A stretch of 64,000 bases of DNA from Lytechinus pictus (Eukaryota). The notes under the pieces are model-generated. The model made no database searches, was not told where the DNA came from, and saw only the letters and a list, made by a program, of their open reading frames with translations. Positions 13,601 through 26,001 of the stretch are shown one piece after another. Position numbers and translations under genes: made by a program. Position 1 is the first letter of the stretch, and each line of letters opens with the position of its first letter. The DNA lies in assembly GCF_037042905.1 (NCBI RefSeq), contig NC_087245.1, positions 23,004,001 through 23,068,000 on the forward strand, written 5' to 3'.

Positions 13601-16600
13601 ATAAACATAGATAATTCAGTTTTATGTGAAATTTAAACCCAATACTTCAAAATATGGTTAGTTTTATGTCTCTAAAATGACCCTTAAAACCAGAATTTTA
13701 TTAGTAAAAAATAAAGGTTTTCCCAAGTTGCCATGGTAACGCGGTCTGAGATATAAAAGCTTAGCAAACACTTCATTTCAGTGATCGAGGATGTATTTGT
13801 TTACGGTATACGTCTACATAAATTATAACATTTTTTTCCAGACCATGGATGAACTTTCAAAAAGAGACATTTTAGGCAAGTTTTTACGATTTCCGGCAAT
13901 TTTCTGACACAGGCACTTTGAAGAGGTAATTTTTACAGAATTAGAAGAAGACATCATGGATTTTCCTAATTATCACGACGGATATGCAACTTACTTGTAA
14001 ACAAATCAAACAAAGTCTATGATACATTTTCGATAATGCAAAAAGAGACATTCAAGTCTCTGATTGAGAGCCGCAGATTGAACATTCGCACGGCGCAATG
14101 GTAGCGTTTTCGCCGAATTCGTCGGGGCGAAAACTCCAAGAGAGCCGTACCACTCACCAGTCCCGAACGCTGCGCTGTATGTTTGATGATTTATCTGGTG
14201 CCATTTCGTGCTTATAAATTTGTTTTTTCTACAATGCCACTATCTCATTAAAATTGTTTGTCATGATAACATTGGAAATATTATCGTTTAATGGCCCAAA
14301 GGATCGACTGTAATAAAAGATACTTTGAAATATTGTCAGAGAGTGATTAGTTAGGTGATGTTTATGGTCAGAATTTAGTCATGGCTTCGGGTGAACTTAC
14401 GCGAACGCGGTCACTTGCTCACGGGGCGAGTCGGCCTGGCCCTTTGGTGGAAGGCCGTTAGGCAACGTGCAGTGCAGCTAGAGCAGAGTTGGGGAGTTAT
14501 AGGTATAAAAATACTTTGAAATAAGTAATCTGCAAATATTTTTGTCTTATCCCTTTGGATTACTTAGATAAGAAATTCAAATTCTCAAAGTTTAAATCAA
14601 ATTTTAGACAGTGACAACAAAGAGTGGTGCTGTATGGGGGGGGGGGGGTGGGGTCCCCAATTCACGAACAAGAAAAAAAAGGAAAAGGTAAGAGAATCTT
14701 GCGAAATTGTTCAATTGGATTTTTGTAACCAAAAGTCAAAATTATGCTTATGTCGCTTGCTTGCAACTATATATTTTATAAATTTTGCCTGATACGCCAT
14801 ATCGTAGTACCCTCAATTATTTTCACTTGTTACGCCACTGACATGACTGATATAACATCTACTAGTTTATGATAACATTATTTGGTTGCGGGATCAAAGC
14901 ATCAGCTATATAGCTAAACATTTATACTTTATGCCTGTTCAACTTCCAATACAGGTTTAGGCCTGTATTTATGAGATGTTAAGATCTATGGGTGCCTTTA
15001 TTATTTTCATTTTCAATTAAAACAATTATTAATTATGTATTAATTTAGTATTAACCTCGATGATACATTTTATTGTATTAAATCGTACAATTTCTGTTGT
15101 ATTAAGCCCCTTATTAAGCCCTTTTAAAAACATGCTCAGTAGCAGACCCCCCCCCCCCATATATAAAGACAATAGAAGTGTATATAGAATTAATTGAACC
15201 CCCCCCCTTATTGAGGACAAAATGAAAAAAAAATACTCAAAATAATCGACCGCCCCCCCCCCCCTTTGACGAGGCAGCTGTCGGTGGCCTGATGTCTTCA
15301 TTGACTTCTTTTTGCTTGTAAAAATAATATTAAAGAAATAGGGGCTACTCTAAGTGTCCCCTGTGAAAATTTATTTGGATCTGCAAGTGCATGAGGCTGC
15401 GCCCCCTCCAACGTCATAGCTACCCCATATCTTTAGGTTCTAGCTCTCATATTTTTCAGCTCCCTGGTTTTTTGGAAGAAAAAAAAACGAGGCGAAAGAA
15501 AAGAGTGAAATAAATGAAATACGATTAATCAAAATTTGAGTTGTTTGAAAGAATTATACTTATCAGAGAAACTAAATTAAATTCTACAACCATGAAGAAT
15601 AACAGCAATCTTGATAAATTCTGTTTTTTTTTTCAAAATCAGAACCAATCAACCTTTTTCTGATTATTCTGTCACTTTCCATATTTTGGAGAAAAAAATA
15701 AAAGTGTTCATCGACGCCCTGTACTGCATGATGAAACTGTATCCCCACTCGGCCCTCGTAACCCCCCCCCCCTCTCCCTCTCCCCCTCCCCCACCACAAT
15801 GCCCCTTGCTCATTTCTCTTATCTCACCTTGACCTTAATTAATTAATCTTAACTATTTGGCGGTACAGTCAAACGTGACTGGTCGCCATCATAGTTTCAT
15901 CCCCAACAAACAAGGAACAAACAATAACAATTCTGTTTTTCGACCCAACATCATTCCTTTCAATACGCGTAAGGCTATACGTGGGCATGCACAAACAACG
16001 TGGGTTAACAAAAACTGACCCGCGTTTGGACTAAAATTGTGATTAAAATAAAAATGTTATAAATATGAAAAAAATATGTGTATAATGAAGGATATCTGAT
16101 AAACGGAAAAACATCAATCGCTAATTCATAAAAATGCTGGAAAAGATATGACAGAGGTTTTTAACAACGGTAATCAAGGGGAATTAGTGTATGGGTGAAT
16201 GGCGTTCGAGCTTTACCCGGAGAGGGCGCGGGCCAAATCTGCCTGAATCTGGCAATATGGCGTCGTCCATTAAGCTGACGTTAGCCAGCGGCGACTGCAC
16301 GTACGTGTATGCTATCCTCGGCCTCATCGACGTCGCCCACCACTCTCTACACAGACTAGTAGTAGTAGCAGTAACACGTGACCGCGACCAACATCCAAGC
16401 GACATACTACCACTGAAGCACGCCGGAACTCCCGGGCTCTTTATCGGTGCAGTCGCTGATCTTGAAGAAGGGAAATAACTAGCCACTGCACAGTGTTTGG
16501 TGATGAATTCCTTGCTTCCAAGCAGCATTCGGTGCGAAGAACACTTCCTCATTCTCAATGGATTAAAAATGTTCAGTTTCGATATCAAGATTATCAATAT

Positions 16601-17564
16601 GAACTTCAATAAAAGTTTTCGATAAGAAAATGATCTAGACCTAATAAAAATTTATATTTGCTATCGCAGACTAGACGTTAAAGAGCTATGGACAGCCAAT
16701 CGCTTCTGGCTCTGCTATGGAACACCACACAATACTCACTTCGGGTACCATGTACCGGTATGTCTTCAGAATTAGCAAGACACCCATACTTTTATCATTA
16801 TTATATTTTTTTCGGCCAAAAAACATTTGAATCATACAATGTCAATACAACAATATAATTTGGATCGTTAATATAAAAACAATATAAAAAATGGAAAAAA
16901 AAATACAAATACAAATAAAAACCGTTTTCCATGGGCCAGCACTTTACAACCACTGAATTTTTTTATTTCTATCATCATTTTTTTTATCTTAAAGGGGTAC
17001 TCCAGAAATAATATGCTTTGAACAGATAAAGAAAAATCAGACAAACAAAATATTGAAAATTTGAACAAAATTGGACAAGGAATAACAAAAGTTATGACGT
17101 TAACAAAAATTGCCTTATTTCGGCCGGTAAAACATGCAGTATCATGACGGTGTGCAGCGGTATTTTACTGGTAAGCATAATTTCGGCAAGTCCCCTGGGG
17201 GCAAGTCTTAACAATTTGTGAAACACCTTCAGTTCATATTCTGTGCTTGAGCAGAAAAGGTAATATGAGACATATCTTCAAGGTGTTTTCATGGACATAT
17301 AAGCATATGTGATTTGATGATTATTCAAATATTCCTTTTTGCAATAATCTTTTCATCACATCTAAAGAGCAACTATCAAGTGTTCATAATGATTTGAGAG
17401 TAGCCCAAAAGCCTTAATAATAGACAATGACTTATTTTCGGCATCATCAATTTTTCCAAAGAGCAGATAGCTCTGGGGAACCTAAATTTAAGCTACACCC
17501 ACCATTGTTCTCTTCATCCATTTCTTTCACGATATAAGGTGTATATATATATATTTATATTTAT

Positions 17565-17730
17565 ATAATCACAAATAGTCTAGGAAGTGCCGTAGAAAAA
17601 ACAAATTGTCACATCATGGGCACTGACGAGGAACGAGGAGTGTGACTTTACCTTTAATTTTTGAGAGCCATGATCCTTTTAAAATCTACGATTTCATTTC
17701 TACGGCATTTTCTAAACTATTTGTGATTAT
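17565..17730. mobile_element. Short MITE flanked by TA repeats
   Basis: ATAATCACAAATAGT..TGCCGTAGAAA and its inverted match TTTCTACGGCA..ACTATTTGTGATTAT. Confidence 0.65.
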
Positions 17731-18049
17731 TTTATTCCATATACCGAAGCAGACTATCTATATATATACACATAAACATATATATATGTGAATATATATA
17801 TATATATATATATAATGCTAATAATAATAATTCATATTAAATGATAGCGAGTAGGTCAGAAAAAATAAAATCAATTCACATTTTTATTGCAATGTGAGTA
17901 ATGCTATGAATTTCATTTCATTTGGTATAAAATTGATTCTCATGATGTTTATAAGCAAATAGAATTTATCCTTCACGAAGCACCAAATGTTATGCACATA
18001 TTACTATATCATGCACATATCTCGATTTATGTTGTTTGTATGATCATAT

Positions 18050-18232
18050 CAGGGGCCGCGGAACGGTTTTCAAAGTGGGGGGGCTGAGCCAAAAGTGGGG
18101 GGGGGCTGACCATGCTAAAAATCACAATCATATGGTCATTTTTACGTTTTTGTACACGGTTTTGGAAAAAAGTGGGGGGGGGGGGGCTGAAGCCCCCTCC
18201 CCCCCCCCAGCCCCCCGGTTCCGCGGCCCCTG
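18050..18232. mobile_element. Small G-run MITE with 5-bp TSD (second copy)
   Basis: TIR CAGGGGCCGCGGAAC; TSD CATAT. Confidence 0.85.
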
Positions 18233-20071
18233 CATATTACTACACGCAAATATCAACGTAATTGCATTTTTATTTCTCTGATGGTTCCAGGAAATGGACT
18301 GAAATAGCGAAACGAATATGAATTTAAATTGGTCAATTCCTGATACCGCTATCACCATAAAGGATATATAATGACTACGAAATTCCGAGGGTGGCTAGAT
18401 TTTTCAAGGGGATGGGCACATTTTTCCATGGAAAATAAGAAGAAAAATGGTTATCATTAGAAAATGAAGGTCATTTTGTCCCGAGAAAAATTTGACAAGG
18501 TCCTCATTTGTGTATGAACTGCACATTCCCATTAAAGATATTTGCGGTGACTCTCAAAAGGGAGGGGCCACACTTGTGTATGAACGACATATTAACATTT
18601 AAAAATGATTGTGAATCTCAAGAGGGGCCCACGGGCCGGAAATACACCCTCCCTCTGGATCTGCCACTGAACCTGACATAAACATAAGCGCAATCATTGA
18701 TATTAGCATGTACCTATAAGGGAACGGACTGGCAGATCATGCAGTGAAATCGTGCACGGAAAGTGATACAATGTTTTTTTGTACTATGGTGTAATGCAAC
18801 AAGTTAAAGCGTGGTTCCATTTTAACTGAAATGATATAATTACCAACCGACCTGCCGTCGGCGATGGTTAACAATGATATCAATAGCAACATCTCTAGCA
18901 ACAAAAATAATGTTTCAAAGGAAAAATGATACTGACTGGATGGACATTATGGCAAACAGGCGCGTAGCCATGGGGGGGGGGGGGTTGCCCCCCCCAAAAA
19001 AAAAAAAAACGCTCCCAAAAAGAAAAAAAAGAAGAGGAAAAGGAGAAAAAGACAAAGTGAAAGGATAAAAGGGAAGAAAGGTATGACTTTTGTTGTTTTT
19101 TCCTTCTTTTTTTGTCAACAGAATAACAACTAGACGTTTTCCTCTCTTCGTGTTTTAAAAATTTGCTTCCGCGCTCCGCGCGGGAAAAATATCAAAATTG
19201 CCATTCCCTTTTGTTTCCCACACCTTTTTCTACTCCGTTTTTCCCCTTCCCGCGGCCGTGGGAATCGTATATTCTTGCCAGAAATTATAAAGTATAGGCC
19301 TACATGGGTGTAAAGAGTATGAAAAGTATTTTTTTTTATATTGCATTGATACAAAATTTTGGCTCTTCTGTTCGGAGTGGGTAAACATTACCGTCACTCC
19401 TGAGTCCCCAAATGCTTTTTTCTTCCGCTTTTCAGCAAGTAATTTTTGGCAAAGTGTCTGCTCAAAGGGGAAGGAAATAAATTCGTGCCGTGCTAGTTGC
19501 AATAGTATGTACGATATCAAACTTTATTTTATATCGCTGCACATCCATCTGTCTTGTTTCGCGTCATTGATTTGAAATTTTGAATATCACTGAACTTTCT
19601 TAATAAAAAAGGGCCCTTAATATGAGCGAATTTTTTTTCTTCCAAAATAAATCACAGAGGTTTCCGTGCTTCTCGAGCATTGAAAAGGAAAAGTCCCTCT
19701 TCTAGCTTGCATCATCCCTTTCACATTTTGAGCTCGTTTTTCTTCTTAATTGAGCTATACATGTATATAGTCTAAGAAATATCAAACTTATAGAACAGGT
19801 TAAAGTTTCAGATAAATTTCTAAAAATCAAAGCTTCAACGCCTTTCGCGGGAAGGAATAGGGCCTACTTTTTCTGTATATACCCATTTTCTACTCTGTTT
19901 TGCGACTTGAGTTAACGAAATTTAATGTGGATAAAGGCTTTTTACACTCAAATCTGATGTGACCAAGATAGGCATATTGTATAATTTCTGTTCTCTATTT
20001 TTATAAAACGTTTCAAGCTTCCGTGCTTCGCGCGGAAAGAGGAATTATTTCAAATTCTCCAATCTTTTAAG

Positions 20072-20332
20072 TACCTAGAATGTTCATTCACCCATGGAAT
20101 TCAAGGTCAAAGCCTTTCAAAGGTCAATGACCTTTTTTACATTATATACCATACGGTATAATGGCATCTCTGAGATGAAAAGTTGCAGGTTGGTGATCAT
20201 GGTGTCAAAATGCACAGATTCTTACCAAAAGATCAATTAAAATAAAACTAAATACCTAGAATGCACATTCACCAATAGAATTCAAGGTCAAAGCCTTTCA
20301 AAGGTCAATGACCTTTTTTACATTATATACCG
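20072..20332 (+). repeat. ~80-bp direct repeat pair, 181 bp apart
   Basis: TACCTAGAATG...CAAGGTCAAAGCCTTTCAAAGGTCAATGACC...TATACC at 20072 and 20253. Confidence 0.8.
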
Positions 20333-20721
20333 TACTGAATAATCGAGTTGGCCCACTGTGGATCTTTTTTTTTTCTTGTGGGAAGAGAATAGCAAAACGA
20401 TGGGATGAGTAACTTAAAAAAAAAAACTGCATTTAGGCCTGCAATTAACATTCACTCTGTATTAGAGAAGTTTGAGCTAACTTTGGTGTAATATTTTGCT
20501 GTTCCATGGTCTTAACTCAAACCAACAGATTGTTTTCATTGTCACAAAGTTTTAGAATAATAATGATAATAATGAAATTATGAGGGAATATTAATTCATA
20601 TGAAAACTTAACCCCTTCCTTCACAGGCCGTGGTGTAAAGTGGAGAAATGATTTGTGACAATCATGTACAGAAATTTTTTAGAGTATATATATATATATA
20701 ATTATATACATATATACATAT

Positions 20722-21450
20722 ATGGAGAGTTTGATACCAAAAGGGGCAAAATCCACTTTTGACATTATGTATCTTAGACGTGGGAACCAAATGCACCATA
20801 TCCCATTTTATTCATTTATTTATTTATTTATTTATTTATTTTTTTTTTTGGGGGAATATATATAGGTAAAATTGATTGCAAATACGAGTTTTATTCCAAA
20901 AGGAGCTAAATCCACTATGTGGTTAATTTAAAATTTGTTAATTTTGCTACTTTACAAAAAGTAATGCAATCATTCTTTTACATGTTGTGGATACAAGTTC
21001 ACACTATCAGTGCAAATTTTGATGAAAATAACAGAATTTTACTATTTTATGAATATTTTTAGAGTCGGCTCCTTATGCAATTCGTTATAAAAAAAAATCG
21101 CCGTTCTCAGAAAAGATGACAAAATATACTTTTTCCTTTTTGTGAATTTCAATGGACAAACGTCAGAAAAGATGTGAAGTGTACTCTACTATAAATATTT
21201 ATGTGCTCTGTGTTTAATTTCCTATATTAAGCATGCTTAAATTGGCAAAAAATGACATTCTACTAAGGTTTTGTTCCAAAAGATTCTTAAAAAATGATAA
21301 TGAATGCTAGATGTTTGAAAGCATGATTTAATTTATCTAAGATCATAGTACTTATAATAGAACAGTAATGGATAAGGTAAATTGAATTAAACATTTACAG
21401 AAAAATGCCAAAAGTGGATTTATCTCCTTTTGGAATAAAACTCTTCATAT
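20722..21450. mobile_element. MITE with ~40-bp imperfect TIRs
   Basis: ATATGGAGAGTTT..CCAAAAGG..AAATCCACTTTTG versus CAAAAGTGGATTT..CCTTTTGGAATAAAACTCTTCATAT. Confidence 0.65.
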
Positions 21451-22204
21451 GTACAGAGACAAAGAATGAGTGGGCGAAATAGAAAAGGACAAAAATATAG
21501 ATATAAAGAGAGGAGATGGTGGAACATGATTCGTGTGAAATTAAGGCGGATACTGAGGATGAGAACGAATCAGGGAATAACTACACTTGCCTGGCTGGAT
21601 CTATAGGCCTATCATTGGCCCGCTCGCTGGCTCCATAGTTCTCCGCCTCAGACATAACAGGTGGCTACCACCAAGGTGATTATTGAAGACCATACCATTA
21701 ACTGTTTTAGGTGAATTCACATCTAAATTCACACAATCAGCTTATTTTATGCATTAACTAGACACTGAACATACACCCTATTGAGAAATAGCTTCGTCTA
21801 ATTAGTGGCAAGAAATGCGTGGATAATAATCTCATTCGCTTTCTGAAAAGCTCATTTATCAACCGATCTTCAGCTCGCTCGTCTGGGCAGGTATACAATT
21901 TTGAAATTTTTGCTTAAAAGGGTAGCATAGACTGAGGACAGAAGTTCTTTTATCAGAGGTTCTCTAGTTGATTCGTTAAATTTCATTTCTTGTTAGCTTG
22001 GGCAATTATTTATGTAAAAAAAAATAAAAAATTTGACCGGTATTTTTGCGTAAATAGACAATTTTGTGAATTTCCGAAAATAGTTATTTGCCACTCTATC
22101 CGAAAAGAAGAATATTTTCTACAACGTCTTGATAACCTGATTTTTTACCCTCTGAAAGTTTGATTTTTTTATAATCTTAGACGCTGTTTTGATGTAAAAC
22201 TGCA

Positions 22205-22283
22205 ATGGATTTCCACATCTTACGAATTGCTCTTTTGAGCTTCATTCTCCTTATTCATCTTACGAATGCGCAGCAGGACACAG
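22205..22283 (+). CDS. Exon 1: signal peptide MDFHILRIALLSFILLIHLTNA|QQDT
   Basis: ATG, hydrophobic core, T-N-A cleavage motif, CAG|gtaagt donor (phase 1). Confidence 0.8.
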
Positions 22284-25079
22284 GTAAGTTTCCTAAATAA
22301 TGAAAGTTTTATTTTTTAAATATAAGAATTTCTGTTTCAATGACTAGCACAGAGGAAGTCAAGAATACTTTTGACAGAATGCATATATAAAGAAACTGCA
22401 GATTTTTAAAGCATTTTTTTTCGCCTTTTGTTCTTTCAAGCAACTGCTAGCTTTAATTATTCAAGTCCTGAATCATTAAAGTAAGTAGTTGCTTGCAAGC
22501 ATTTTTTTGTTAGTCAGGATAGGATGACACATTAATATTCCTTTATTGCATTCTCGTAATCGTGACTTATAATGTTGAAACCAAATAAAAGGTAAATGCT
22601 TGCTAAAAGGGTAAAGAAAAGAATACTGCTTCATTTCTGGTGAATATGCAATTTGCTCAGGTCGCTTGCTTCCTATTAAAATAAACCTTTGCGTGTTTGT
22701 TTTCACAATGGCATGCAGTCACAGTGCAGAGTGTAACACCAGCACTCTAAGAAAATGAATAATACGTGGAAAAGGTCGAGGAGTGACAGCGGTTTTGATA
22801 AGGTTTGAAAGTTCCTGGGTCCTTTTCCACGGACCTAAAACCCCCTCACACCTAACCGAATTGCCTGAAATATGTCTTGCGATGGCTGGCGAAAGGCATT
22901 TTTTAAGAAATCGTTTTCAATGGTAACTGATAGTAAATCATTATTTACCCTTCGTGTTTAGGTTCGTACACCTTCTGAATTAACAGCTGCAATTATTCAA
23001 ATTCGCGCCGAAATTTTGAACATGTTTAAAATTTCCCGACGAATTGAGAAATCGTCGGTCATCTGTTTGAATTCGCATCTCTTATTTAGTCTGCGGTAAT
23101 CGTTAGTTTATCGTTCGTGTTTTATTGTCACGCATAGTCCCTCATCGCACTTTGGCCAAAGTGAACCGATCTCGAAAGAACCCGTAACGAAGCAACACGA
23201 TGACACAACGAACAAGATTGCCCGATCTATTCCCTCGTCTTCGTTTCTAATCGCACCTCATATCAAACCATTGCACACTGTTCGTTCGTCTTACTGGGTT
23301 ATATCCTTCACTTCGCTCGCCTTCGGCCGCAATTTTCTCAAAGAGGTGAACCGAAAAATCGATATCCTTCGCTTACCGTTCGTTTTGACAATAGTTACTG
23401 ATCGCATGATTTGACTGATTTTTAATTTGAATTCGTCGAATTCGCGTGTACTTCGCCCATTTTTTCATTCGTCACCCTTCGTCCGCATACATTCGGTCAG
23501 GTGTGAGGGGGCTTTTCACAAGTACAAGTTAGCGCGATATCGCGAACCAAAACCCACGACGATTTCAATGTCATGATGGACACCAAATATGTCGGGAACC
23601 TTCTTCGGAAATGCGGCATACCTCCTGAAGTTGTTGGCGCATTCGAAGGCATGATCGTTTATTTCAGGCAGATACAAACCGCCAGCCATCTCAAGTCATA
23701 AACTACTCAAATCTAGCCAGGTTTCTGACCCATAATGCAACATTCTGAGCAGTGTAGTCTTGTAATTCATGCCCATTGGAATGAAAACAAACTAATTCAC
23801 TGCATGCTCAATACATTTTTACCTGCAATATTTATGTTACCAAGGAGGTAAACAAGTGATTTTCCTCCCCAATCAATTTAGTTTTTCTATACAAGTACAA
23901 TTGTAGGCTAATTCATTCTCCCTATTATAGTTATCTCATATAAGCTATTATGAGAGACCACAAACCCTTAATGTCGATTTGTTTAGGCATGTTGGATTGA
24001 ATAAAATCTATATAGCTGTATCGTGGATGTGTAGAGTGTTGTGAACCCCATTCCCCGGGCCGCGCGTTTCCGTTTTACACCCTGGCGAAGGCATTTTCCG
24101 GAAAAATAGCCACAAAGCGACTAGTGAAGAGTCTACGTCTACGTTTGTTTACATAATCAGCTGGGCGCGCGATCCAAAAGTCCGCACCGAAGATATCCGC
24201 AGAACATACGTGCAAATGCAGCTGAGCTTATAGACCAAAAGCTTTAGTCTCTGTATTTTGGTTGTTCCGCTGAACTATATACGTTGGCTTCATGATTTTT
24301 TTTTTTACTTTATCGCACATGATCGTTTATATGAATGAAAACAAAACAAATAATAGCTAAAATATTGAAAAATAAAACACATAATTCCTTTTTTTCATAT
24401 TATATCTATCCTTATATCTATCATATCTGTCTATCCACTATCTATGTTATAAATCAATCTATGGAACTACATGATATATCTATATGTTAATTTGTCTATC
24501 TACTCTGTCTCTCTCATTCTCTATCTACCTATCTATCTGTCTATCTATTTATCCATCTGTCTCTCTTTTATTTCTCTCTATCCATCTATTAATCTACTCA
24601 TGTGCAATATCAACACTGCTTCGACTTCCTTCGGGAGTCTATTTCCTCAGCTCTACTTTTCCCTTTTTGTGCTCGATTCGATTCAATTAGTACTTTATTT
24701 ACTTGTTACCATTGTTAAATGTCTTGTATTGCATAATGAGGTTTTTTTTCTGAAGGTTGTCTCCTATATTCTCTTTCAAATTCCACCTCTTGCTTTCCCT
24801 TCTCTTTGTCTTATCCCAATTTCTTTCCCTTCTCTCACCTCTTTCTTCTTTAATCTTTCATTCCGCTTTTTTCTTCTTTGGTGACACTTTGTAGTACTTT
24901 TGGCCTTTTGTATTTATTTATGATACATTTCTTTTTCATCTGTATGAATTTGTATTGTATTTGATATTTATTTATAATGTTTACTTTATATTTTGTTATG
25001 ATTCTATTTGTATGTAAACATTCACTTATTTCAGTCTTTGACTGCTTGTGATTGTATTTTGACAGTTTTTATTGCAATA

Positions 25080-25148
<69 letters not shown>

Positions 25149-25726
25149 GTCTGTCTTTTTCTCTCTCTCTCTATCTATCTATCTATCCATCTGTCTGTCT
25201 TTTTCTCTCTATCCGTCTATATATCTATCTCTCAAATTATATCGATATCTATCTATCTATGTAACTACAGTATCTATCTATCTGTTAATCTTCTCTGTCT
25301 CTCTCATTCTTTATATATCTAACATCTATCTATCTCTCTCTCTCTCTCTATCTATCCATCCGTCTTTCTCTAGTTCTCTCTCTCTCTCTCAATCTATCTA
25401 TCTATCTTCTATCTATCTATCTATATGTAACTGCAGTATCTATCTTTCTGTTAATGTGTCGCTCTTCTCTGTCTCTCTCATTCTTTATCTATCTAAAATC
25501 TATCTATCTCTCAAATTCTCTATATCTCTCTCTCCCCCTCTTTCTATCTATCTATCCATCTTTCTGTCTTTCTCTCTCTCTATCTATCTATATATCTATC
25601 TATTTATTTATCTATCTCTCAAATTCTATCTCTATCTATATATGTAACTACAGTATATATCTATCTGTTAATCTTCTCTGTCTCTCTCATTCTTTATCTA
25701 TCTATCTCTCTCTATCTCTCTCTCCC

Positions 25727-25768
<42 letters not shown>

Positions 25769-25924
25769 CATCTGTCTTGTTTTCTCTCTTTCTCTATTTC
25801 TCTTTTTCCGTCCATATATCTATCTATCTATCTATAACATCTCTCCCTCTCTCAAGTTCTCTCCCCCATCTATCTATCTATCTATCTATCTATCCATCTC
25901 TCTGTCTTTCTCTCTCTCTCTACT

Positions 25925-26001
<77 letters not shown>

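Noticed and set aside
16184..16609. Overlapping 141-aa and 95-aa ORFs
   Set aside because: No recognisable motifs or splice partners; ORFs this long are expected by chance in a GC-richer patch.
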